The position numbers and the translations under genes were made by a program. Below are positions 54,985 through 64,000 of a stretch of DNA of 64,000 bases, one piece after another (positions within the stretch are counted from its first letter, which is position 1; each line of letters starts with the position of its first letter). This stretch comes from a virus (lineage: Duplodnaviria > Caudoviricetes): positions 32,001 to 96,000 of IMG/VR virus record IMGVR_UViG_3300018475_000104. One strand, given 5' to 3'. The notes under the pieces are model-generated. The model did no database searches. It was not told where the DNA came from and was given only the letters and a program-made list of their open reading frames with translations.

Positions 54985-55709
54985 TACTCTACACCCCCAT
55001 TTAGCCAGAAGAATTCTTCTTCTTCATCCTCTTCTGTTTGTTCAGGCTTGGGAGAAGAATCATATTCATAAATAGGATCGACAGATACATATTCAACTCC
55101 TTTGGAGGATTGAATATCATAACCAGTAACTCGATACTGTTCTTGTAACTCACCTTCTCCAATAATTAAATAATCATCTTTTTTAATTTTTGGCGTAGTA
55201 GGCATTACAAAGAAACTTAGCTTTAAGTTTTCTGAATACAAAGTATCCATACGACTCCTAGAACGTATTTCATCCTTAAGCATATTATTCTCTTGGCCAT
55301 ACATATATACCCAAGATGAATAATTTTCACCATCGCGCGCAGTCCACGTAATAAAATGAGTCATCTTCAACATTATATATCTATTATATCCACTGCGTTT
55401 GATTTCTTCTAAATACCAAATCATCCAAGGCTTCTCTTCCCCATTCTTATTTGGTATCATTAAAATTGTGCCATTCGGCATATCAAGATCTACACGAGTT
55501 AATAAATATTGAACTGTTTCGGTTTCATCCTGTTTATATCTCTCAATACATCCAGGATACTTTTCATTCTCATATTCAAAATCTACCTAATAAGTACTCT
55601 TCATCCACAGTAATTCAAACTCATGCTCTCTTTTGCCCTAAATGCGTGTCTGATAGGTGGTACCATAACGATTCAATCTTTTCTTGTAAACTTCCTCAAA
55701 ATAACTCAT
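54984..55709 (-). CDS. putative head-closure/neck protein with two N-terminal TAGs
   Basis: MSYFEEVYKKRLNRYG...RI*GKRE; co-frame with 54984-55481. Confidence 0.62.
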
Positions 55710-55972
55710 TAGTTCTTTCCAAGCAAATTCATACAATCAAAAACTGTTGAACGAAAATAATCATATCTTAAATAACGAAGTGAACTCAGCTTAAAATACA
55801 AGACATAATAATTAATGGTCTTCTCCTCTTCGGGATAGCCAAGTAATTCAATCAAAATTGAATCTAAAAACTTCTCCCATTCGCGATTTTTCTCTCGTTC
55901 ACAAAGAAGACCATATAACTTATTTCTAAGCTTATTATTATATCCTTCTCTTAGCTCAGGATAAGTAAACAT
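55709..55972 (-). CDS. hypothetical protein
   Basis: Translationally coupled 87 aa ORF. Confidence 0.62.
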   Translation of the reverse strand: MFTYPELREGYNNKLRNKLYGLLCEREKNREWEKFLDSILIELLGYPEEEKTINYYVLYFKLSSLRYLRYDYFRSTVFDCMNLLGKN

Positions 55973-56400
55973 TACTGTTCCCCAGCTAATTTCTTAAAAT
56001 CGAAAGGTTTACCGCGGCGTGAACGGTAATAAACTCTTTCTAGCTTTGTTGCATTATATTTTTCTTGCTCAAGCATATTATTAAACTTGTCAAGCAAGTT
56101 TGCCTGGGAAAAGTCTCTCTCCTCATATAAAGGCTTGACATTCTCCCAAGTTAAAATAGTTCTATTTAACCATTCACATTTCATATAACACGCCAAAATT
56201 TGAATTTCTTCGTTATTTAAATCTTCAATAAAACCGTTATCGTCTCTTTCTAGCGACACGCGAGGAAATTTAAACCAAGGAATCGCGCCTTCTAACATTG
56301 CGCGCCAGTCAGCAACAACATCCTCAATCTCCCAATTTCCCCATTCATCTTCTAGCATTTTAGCTAGAAAAGCATCATAAACTTTCTGATAGGGAGTCAT
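55972..56400 (-). CDS. putative head-tail adaptor
   Basis: MTPYQKVYDAFL..., helical, two genes after capsid; function from synteny. Confidence 0.55.
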   Translation of the reverse strand: MTPYQKVYDAFLAKMLEDEWGNWEIEDVVADWRAMLEGAIPWFKFPRVSLERDDNGFIEDLNNEEIQILACYMKCEWLNRTILTWENVKPLYEERDFSQANLLDKFNNMLEQEKYNATKLERVYYRSRRGKPFDFKKLAGEQ

Positions 56401-56417
56401 TGTGTGCCTCCTTTATG

Positions 56418-56948
56418 TTAAACTCTAAAAGGATTCTGCGCATTTGCCTGCTCGGCGGCTTTCTTTTCTTTCTCAATTAAAGCTTTTTCAGCCATATTGT
56501 TTTCATGAATCTTTAGTACGTCAATACCAGTAATCTCCTTAACAACGGAGCAACGCTCATAGTCAAAAAGCTTCTTCTCTAGCATATAATCAGCTAAATT
56601 CTTGCACTGGTCTACAGAATACTTACCAATCAATTCTTTAAAACGCCAAACAGGTTGCTTTAGAATATCTTCTATAGTCTTATCATTAAAAACTAATATA
56701 TTAACTGGCTCTTTTGCATCTTCAGGTTCAAGTCCAAGGTCTTTTTTTACCTGCATATCTTCAATATAAAGAATACCTTTTCTTAACATATACTCAAAGC
56801 CAGGGTCAAATTGCATTTCTTCGAGCTTTTCTCTCTCGACAGGAATTCTCATTCCTTTCTTCGTCCAGGTACGACGAAAATTAATCTGTGGAACAGAAAC
56901 CGTGATATTACCACGGACGGTACTAATTAAATAAACTTTATCACTCAT
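56418..56948 (-). CDS. hypothetical protein
   Basis: 176 aa ORF, AAGGAG SD. Confidence 0.7.
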   Translation of the reverse strand: MSDKVYLISTVRGNITVSVPQINFRRTWTKKGMRIPVEREKLEEMQFDPGFEYMLRKGILYIEDMQVKKDLGLEPEDAKEPVNILVFNDKTIEDILKQPVWRFKELIGKYSVDQCKNLADYMLEKKLFDYERCSVVKEITGIDVLKIHENNMAEKALIEKEKKAAEQANAQNPFRV

Positions 56949-57029
56949 AATAAGATCTCCTTTTCACTCAAATTAATAAAGAGGAAGGAAGGCTCGCTTC
57001 CTTCCCCTTTAATCATTCATATTTTAAAA

Positions 57030-58079
57030 TTATAGATTTACGTAGGGATTTTCATAAGTCTGGGTGATACCAGTGTTCTGGTAGATACCCCAGTTGTTAT
57101 ATGCTAGAATTGCACTACCCATCTTCTTATAGGTATGAATTTCAATAGACTGATCGGGGTTGATGAAATCCCACATCTGAGTCTGACCTTCTAGACCAAC
57201 TTTTACAATCTTCTCGCCGCCAGTGGGAAGAACATAAGCAATCTGGGGGTCCACCCAAGTAGTGGTATTAGTGTCATCAACGAAAGACTGCTGCATCTGA
57301 ACAATGGGAGTACCACGGAATAGGGTGATAAAGCCAGTGTTGTGGATAGCATCGATATCCTGGGGATGATAAATGCCCTGGTAATTGGTGCCAACAGGAA
57401 CGATGGCATCAGGACCCATAGCAGCAACGAACTCTGGAGGAGCAAAGATTACTGCGCCAGCACCATATGCACGAACTACGTTTACTAGTCTCTGCATGGA
57501 CTCGGCATTGAATACGTTGTCAATTACTAGGTTGGTGTCAGGACGATTTGTGGTTTCGACAGCAGCACGTAGAGCCTTATGAATCTGTACAAATACAGCG
57601 TCAGTTAGACCAGTTGTGATGATGTCCATTAGATCAGCCATGTTGTCAGCACCGTCAAGCATACGCTCGAAGTCAATGCGGGCAGCTCCGCCAACAGCCA
57701 TACCCTGTAGTTCGAAGGTATCGTTGTCTAGACGGAAGGTCTCATATAGACCACTTAAACCAACCTGGGTTAGGAACTTACGAGCACGAGCATGACCTTT
57801 CTTGGTCTTGAACATGATCTTCTGTCCCTGGGGTACAGATACTACTTCAGCAAACATGCCGACAGCATCCATTACTTTCTTAGGTACTACTTCATCAGCA
57901 GCAGTGATGATGATATCAAAGATATCATGTTTATTACGCTGGAACTCATTAATGGAGCCAGCTAGAGCGCGCATCTCTTCACGGAGAGCGTCGTTTACAT
58001 TCTGAGTTGAGAAATTAGCGGGAGCAGTGCCTTTGGCTGCATGTAGAGCTAATTCTTTTAATTCTTTAATTGTAGCCAT
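57030..58079 (-). CDS. major capsid protein (TAG-free)
   Basis: 349 aa from ATG 58079 with GGGAGG SD; after protease/scaffold; strong codon bias; terminator hairpin near 56980-57007. Confidence 0.75.
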   Translation of the reverse strand: MATIKELKELALHAAKGTAPANFSTQNVNDALREEMRALAGSINEFQRNKHDIFDIIITAADEVVPKKVMDAVGMFAEVVSVPQGQKIMFKTKKGHARARKFLTQVGLSGLYETFRLDNDTFELQGMAVGGAARIDFERMLDGADNMADLMDIITTGLTDAVFVQIHKALRAAVETTNRPDTNLVIDNVFNAESMQRLVNVVRAYGAGAVIFAPPEFVAAMGPDAIVPVGTNYQGIYHPQDIDAIHNTGFITLFRGTPIVQMQQSFVDDTNTTTWVDPQIAYVLPTGGEKIVKVGLEGQTQMWDFINPDQSIEIHTYKKMGSAILAYNNWGIYQNTGITQTYENPYVNL

Positions 58080-58093
58080 TCTATTTACCTCCC

Positions 58094-58648
58094 TTACGCC
58101 TTCACACACTGGAACTGAATTGCGAACTGACCATCAGGCATGGAGCCGTTACCGCAGCCGCGGATTGCTACTAGTACAGGACCTTCAGCAGGAGCAGTAC
58201 CAGAAACTAGGATAGCGCCAGTCTCGGATACGCCGCCGTATAGTTTGGCTTCGCCTTTAGCAGCTTCCTTTACAGCCTCTTCATCAGCAAATTCGCCATC
58301 GTCATATGCTAGGCAGTTAGTTGTGAACTTATCGCCAACAGAGAGATAACCTAGACGGGGATAGAAGTGATTACGCTCTAGCTTAAAGTGCTTGAGACCA
58401 GTTGTTCTCTCGTCGTACATATGTTCAGTAGAATAATTTAGTGCAATGGGGAAAACTTCGCCAGGAACAGGTAGTTTTACCTCACGAGCAATGTTATCAA
58501 CCATAAGTAGCATTCCGTTTTCAGCGGGCATCTCAGCAAAATCTTCGCCTAGAGCGCACTGGGCTTCAATACGGCCATCACGAGGGAAAGCTACTAAATT
58601 TAACTCTAATTGACCATAACCGTCAATTTTAAATCTTTTCTGAGCCAT
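58094..58648 (-). CDS. putative capsid decoration/cement protein
   Basis: 184 aa, between scaffold and capsid genes, ENGMLL motif, high-expression codons. Confidence 0.55.
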   Translation of the reverse strand: MAQKRFKIDGYGQLELNLVAFPRDGRIEAQCALGEDFAEMPAENGMLLMVDNIAREVKLPVPGEVFPIALNYSTEHMYDERTTGLKHFKLERNHFYPRLGYLSVGDKFTTNCLAYDDGEFADEEAVKEAAKGEAKLYGGVSETGAILVSGTAPAEGPVLVAIRGCGNGSMPDGQFAIQFQCVKA

Positions 58649-58662
58649 TTTCTTTCCTCCAA

Positions 58663-60069
58663 TTATTTCTTATACTTAGATAAAATGTCTTCAAGACCAC
58701 CAGTTGGTGCATCTTTAGGGATATATTGAGGTTCCCTTGAAAATACTGAGGGATTAGATTTCTTTAACTCATAAGCTAATTCCTTATCGAGTTCAATAGC
58801 ATTTTCATACTTATCGAGGTTCGCCTTGAATTCGGCAATCTTCTCATCGCTAAGCATTTCAGCATAGGAACTAATTACAGCTTCCTTCTCGGCTTTCACG
58901 ACATTAGCCTTATAAGTTTCAAGTTCTGCATTTTTGTCGTTTAATTCTTCAATGCGGGTGCTTAGATTTTCAATTGTGACATTGAAAGATTCTACATCAA
59001 TAGCATTAAACTTTTCAACCGCTTCATCCCTTTCCGTAGTTAAAGTAGCAATAGTATTATTTAGCTCTTCAATTTTGAGACCAAAATTTTCACTACTTTC
59101 TTTATATTCTGCCGCGTGTTCGAGAGTTTCATCAACTAGCTCATAAGAGCCGCCATTTAGAGCACGTAGAGTCTCTACAGTATCTTTTTCCTTTTCGGAA
59201 AGATCCATAATATAAACGGGCATCTTTTCATTAATTGAAATCTCGTCATTTTCATCGTCTTTTGTATAGTAAACTCTTTCAAACTTGGCTTCGGCATAAT
59301 TATAAGCTAAAGCGTAGTCATCATAAACTTCGGTAATGGTGTAATCAATGATCCAACCATTCTCCTCGTTATAATTCTGGTTTAAAAGAGACCAAAGATA
59401 ATCATGCTTCTGCGCGTCAGAAAGCTTAAAATTTAATTTTGACATTTCCGACTGTCCTCCTTGTGTTTTAGAATCAAGAGAATATTCTTCAATTTTCTTA
59501 ACTAAATCTTTTAATTCTGAAGTAAGAGAGAAGAAGCTTGCGCCCTCAAAACAAGGCTCAACTTCGTCTCCTAATACTTGAAGCCCTAAAAAACAACCTT
59601 CTCTAAAACGGAATAATTGCTTTCCATTAATTACTGTCCAATCACCAGCAATTGATGGTTCATAAATCTCCATTGATTGGGGTTTTCCAATAATTTGTTC
59701 GGCTTCATCATAAAGAGCAGTATAAATGAAGACATCCGCGCAGGCATAAGTTCTCTCGATACCATCTTCATCCAAATGCTTTTCCCAAGCAAAATTATGA
59801 TTTTCTGGAACTACTCCATAAATTCTACCAAGGCTTCTTTTGTTACCATGGTCAGAATAATCTTCTTCAAAATTATCGTAAATACCTTTCACCGGAGTGT
59901 AAGGTAGCGTCTTTATTAATTTTTCAGCAAATTCATCACTGATGTAACTACCATTTCTGTTCTCATACTTGTAGAAAATTCTACATCTTCCTCTTGAAAT
60001 AGTAGGAGAATATTTCTCTGTGATACTATAAACTGTAATCGGAAACTCTTTAACAGCTTTTAAATCCAT
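58663..60069 (-). CDS. putative prohead protease-scaffold fusion
   Basis: N-domain NRNGS..H..QSMEI..LG..VEPCFEGA; C-terminal acidic coiled coil. Confidence 0.65.
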   Translation of the reverse strand: MDLKAVKEFPITVYSITEKYSPTISRGRCRIFYKYENRNGSYISDEFAEKLIKTLPYTPVKGIYDNFEEDYSDHGNKRSLGRIYGVVPENHNFAWEKHLDEDGIERTYACADVFIYTALYDEAEQIIGKPQSMEIYEPSIAGDWTVINGKQLFRFREGCFLGLQVLGDEVEPCFEGASFFSLTSELKDLVKKIEEYSLDSKTQGGQSEMSKLNFKLSDAQKHDYLWSLLNQNYNEENGWIIDYTITEVYDDYALAYNYAEAKFERVYYTKDDENDEISINEKMPVYIMDLSEKEKDTVETLRALNGGSYELVDETLEHAAEYKESSENFGLKIEELNNTIATLTTERDEAVEKFNAIDVESFNVTIENLSTRIEELNDKNAELETYKANVVKAEKEAVISSYAEMLSDEKIAEFKANLDKYENAIELDKELAYELKKSNPSVFSREPQYIPKDAPTGGLEDILSKYKK

Positions 60070-61604
60070 TAGTTAGAGCCTCCTTGATTTTCAATAGATT
60101 TTTCATTTTCGATAGTTTTTTCAGTCTTATCTTCTTCTTTTAGCGAAGGCCGTCCGCCTTCTTCAGTTGCTCCTGCACTTTCTTCCCCAGCACTCGCTGT
60201 ATAAGCTGATTTTAAAGGAATTAATTTTTCTCCCAAATTCAATACTTCGTTTTCCAGGTCTTTTAAATTACTAAACTCAAGTTGAGAAAAACCACAGGCT
60301 AGAGCGGGCAATAGGAAACTATATCCGCTCTGTGCAAGTTTGAATGTGTCAGTGATATAATCTGATTCATTATAATAAGAAATAGGTAACATTAAATATT
60401 TAAAACTTAAAGCGCCATTTCCAAAGAGCCTGTTAACAACATTTGTAATGAATCGACCATATTTATTCGCAATTGACATCATTAAAGCAATATCATTCTT
60501 TATTGAAGTTTCCAAAGAAGAGCTACCCGTTGCAGCAAATAATTCACCACTAACGCCGCCTTCTGCATAAATATTTTGAACCATTTTTTCTAAAGCATTG
60601 TTGGCTGCTTCTGAACTTGTTCTTGAAATAATAGAATCAACATCCGCGTAAGTAGTCAAAACAGAAACATTTTTGTTTCCTTTCATCATACCAACAGTAC
60701 CTTCATGGATTACTTCTGCTTCATCTGGTTCAAACAATAGACCGCCATCAGTTAAATGAGGAATTTTCTGAACTATAATTTTTCTAATTTCCTCTAGTTC
60801 GCGTTCCCTTTCGGTCTCAACTGCTTCATCATACTAAATCGTTGCAGGGATAATATTCAAAAACAAAGGCGCGCCATCATAAAATGGAAAACAAATACCA
60901 ATATCACTTGGGATGATTACCCAAGGAGTATTTACCTTGTCTTTTACCCATAAACGATAATAAGATGAAATAACTTTAGGATAAAGTTTTAATGCCTCTT
61001 GTCTGGATTCTTTATTAGAAATAGTATTGAAATAAGAAACATCAAATTCAATAATATCATTCCCAGTAAAATCCTTAAAGAGAGTTCTACAATAACCTTG
61101 AGGTAAATCTAATACCACAAAGTCGTGTTTATCTTTACCGACTAAAACTCCATAATACGCACCGTTGATAAGTGCACGAATTGAGAAATTAGTAAGTAAA
61201 GTGCTTAAAGACATTCTATCGACATACTCCATAGCACTATAATAACGCTTTTGTAGAGATTTTTCGGAGAGAGATTTTCCAGGCGCGGGATTAGGAATTA
61301 ACACACCTGTATATTTTAAAAGCGTTGCGTAGTACATTAAAATACGCTTATAGAATCCGTCTTTATAAAAGAAATCGCGAGATAATTTTGCTTGAAGAAC
61401 AGTATCATTGGAGTTGATAATTTCTTGAATCTCTTTCATCGTATATTCTTTCTGTTTTCTATAAAGAGAATAACGACTATTGTTGTTATTCCAAGCAGTC
61501 TCGCTTGTTGCGACCATTTGATTAGAAATGCGTTTAAAGGAGTCTAATGTAAATCTCTGAGGGATTTGGTTGGCCGCATTATCCTTATTTAGTTTTTCCG
61601 ACAT
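60069..61604 (-). CDS. portal protein (~511 aa), one in-frame TAG (60834)
   Basis: Two co-frame track ORFs; position after terminase; GGRP tail. Confidence 0.72.
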
Positions 61605-61606
61605 CG

Positions 61607-63409
61607 TTAGCCTCCCGTAAAGAACACCAACTTACGTTCGCCGCCAGAGGTTCCAAAACGACGTCGACTCTTCTTGGCGGCTTCTTCTTCGATTTCTTTG
61701 ATTCTCCACTGCCCATAGGCGAATGAAGAATACTTATCTTTAGGAAATCTTGGATTAATTTGCTCAAGAACAATGTCTAAGCCAGTACCTGTCCGTTTTA
61801 AACGTAAATTAGCCATTTCTTCGAAAAGTTTAGTGGTCATTTCGTGAGGAAGTAATCTCTTGACCCTATCTTCAATGGACATTTTTTGTCCCTTTTTGGT
61901 TGCAAGCAAAGCATTCTTTGCTTCCTATTCCTTAATTAAGAAACGAACCATACCACCATTCAATCTTGAATAGCAATTACCATGAATTTTAGAGTTTAAA
62001 GGACCATTTGCCTTTAAAGAATAAAGAATTTGTCGCGCATCCTTTGGTTGAATCTTTTTATACTCATTATCATTAAAAAACCCATATGCTGGAAGGTAAT
62101 TTCCTTGCTCATCATATTGGGGTTTAATCATTTCATCGGCAAGGCCGATACCAAGGCCGTTTGTATCGATTACTACCTCTCGAGGATTAAAGTCTCGAAT
62201 GATGGTTTTTAAGTCGATAGCCTGTTGTGTAAATGTCTTGGTTTGAGATTGTCTACCAAGAACAAAAAGATTAACTAAGGTAGAGTAATATCTTCCTTGG
62301 GCAATATTAACTCGGAAAACGCAGCAAACTGTTTGGTCATGGAGTCTTCCTACGTCCACTGATAATAAGTAAAATTGATCACTACCGGCTCTAAAAATTG
62401 CACGCTTTTCTGGATTTTTAATTTTTCTATATTTTGCCAATTTGTCAAAGTTAAACCAAGATTCATCACTACCACCACTCCAAATGGACATATACTCGCG
62501 CGCAAAGGACTCCTCGTTGTAAGAAGGGCTCATGCGCAATTTATTGATAAAGGTTTTATCAAGTAGTCCATGAAGCATTGGAACACGATAATCACAACCT
62601 AAACAAAATGAATGGTCAGGGTCGATAATGGAGTTTTCAAAAGTATCTAAAAGTCTTTCATAAGCGAAAGAAGTTTTAACCCCAGCAGAAGTCATACAAA
62701 TTACTTCTTGGTTTGGTTCTTTTTCGTTTACGGTATTGTCTGGCAAACGGCGTGAAACGTTCATTAGAGGTAAAACAATTTCGTTGATGGCTGTTTCATC
62801 ATGGTCACGAATCTCGTCAATAAGGCCGCCATGTCTACGACCACCACGTTGGGAGTCTAAGGCGCCGACAACGTCAAATTGGGAACCATTTCGAAATTTA
62901 AGAGTTACATAGTCTTTACCAAAATTACCAGGTGTATCTGAAATATCTCCGCCAATGACTTCGCGCCGTATAAGTGGCCATCTGTCGTAGATTTCGGTGA
63001 TTTTTTCTTTTGCAATCTGCGCAGACTGGTTTTTATTAGGAGCGCAAATGAATCGTTTTGTACCAGGAATAAAAATACACTAAAGAATCATCGCAAGAAT
63101 AGTTAAAAATGATTTTGAGAAAGCACGAGGAGCGGTTACAAAAATATCCTTAAACCGCATAATCGCGCGCAAGACAATTCTTTGATAGAAAAATAAATCA
63201 AAGTTTGAATCAACAGGCTTAATTAAGTCTAAAAATACATCTGGATAAGCCGTGAAGAACTCAGCATACTACTTAAACAATTCCTCATGGGCTTCCAAAT
63301 AGTCATTAGTTAAAACAACACCTTTATCTAATTCTATGCCTTCGCGCTGTATAGGTATATAATTATCATCATTTCTATTTAAAGAAAGTAATTTAATAGG
63401 CTCGCTCAT
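61607..63409 (-). CDS. terL: terminase large subunit (~600 aa) with in-frame TAGs
   Basis: TAPRAFSKSF P-loop, GLIDE Walker B, FAREY, nuclease motifs SVDVGR, IDTNGLG, KDKYSS. Confidence 0.85.
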
Positions 63410-64000
63410 TAGTCCACCTCAACCTCAAACTCTTCATCTTCTTTAAATAACTTCTCAAAACCTTCATTCTCAAATTCATCTAAATCATATTCTCTATTAG
63501 TATCATAAAAGTTTTCTTGTTCTTTGGCAGATTTAAGTGCGTCAAGACGACGAGTTATTTCTTCTCCAATTGAGGATTCATTTGTATACAAACGCTAATT
63601 GTAACTTTGGATATTCTTAATTGTTTCATCAACAATATCCCTTGTAACTCCATCGAAAAACTTATTCTTCCAACCTCTCTTCTCAAGCCAGCGGAATAAT
63701 TCTCCAACAGAATCAAAGTCCGAAGCATTCTTTGCGTTTTTGGGAGTGAACTCCGCAACCTTAACAAGTTTGTCATAACTAGTCAAAAGTTTATCAAAGT
63801 CTGCTCCGGCACGAATTCTCGATTCAAGTTCAAGAGAAATCATGCACAATTGTTGGGCTTGTTTTGTCTACAGCGCGCCATTAACATTTTGAGTCTTAAG
63901 TATTCCACTATAAAGATCTTCGAGGTAAATGAGTTGTTCTTCATCGTAATTCGCACCCCACTTCTCTCTTAACTTGTTAAACTTTTCATCTCTAAGTAAA
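63409..64000 (-). CDS. hypothetical protein upstream of terminase (5' end outside window) with in-frame TAGs
   Basis: Track ORFs 63595-63849 and 63409-63591 are co-frame across TAG. Confidence 0.6.

Noticed and set aside
29566-64000. Fragmented structural genes as pseudogenes of a decayed prophage or as sequencing errors
   Set aside because: Breaks are at TAG with frame preserved over thousands of codons, SD sites and gene couplings are intact, and a CUA tRNA is present

Overview
A 64 kb segment of a large, AT-rich tailed-phage genome. The host is probably a Firmicute/Clostridium-like anaerobe, inferred from sigma-A TTGAxx-N17-TATAAT promoters, strong SD sites and a class III RNR. The + strand (1-26.4 kb) holds replication and nucleotide metabolism genes: helicase fragment, gyrB, gyrA, AAA ATPase, dnaB, dnaG, recJ, a GIY-YIG endonuclease, dnaE, nrdH-nrdD-nrdG plus an FTR-like protein, a deaminase, thyX, dut and ruvC-like. 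The - strand (26.4-64 kb) holds morphogenesis genes: terminase, portal, protease/scaffold, capsid, neck, tail tube, a ~2,700 aa tape measure, Dit and tail/fibre proteins. The phage recodes TAG as sense, best read as Gln: the fragmented ORFs in the supplied track join in frame across TAG, and all gene ends I checked are TAA or TGA. Main finding: the amber (CUA) suppressor tRNA is in this window but is split inside its anticodon (CU^A) by a 689-nt group I intron (23450-24138). The intron encodes an HNH homing endonuclease that itself has an in-frame TAG. The spliced tRNA resembles a tRNA-Trp scaffold with C35>U, like the lab suppressor Su+7 that inserts Gln, and it has an unusual long variable arm. 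A terminator-like hairpin over the stop codon of the TAG-containing thyX lies directly upstream. A strong excess of alternating GCGCG/CGCGC words is also visible. All calls are from manual reading; no searches were run.
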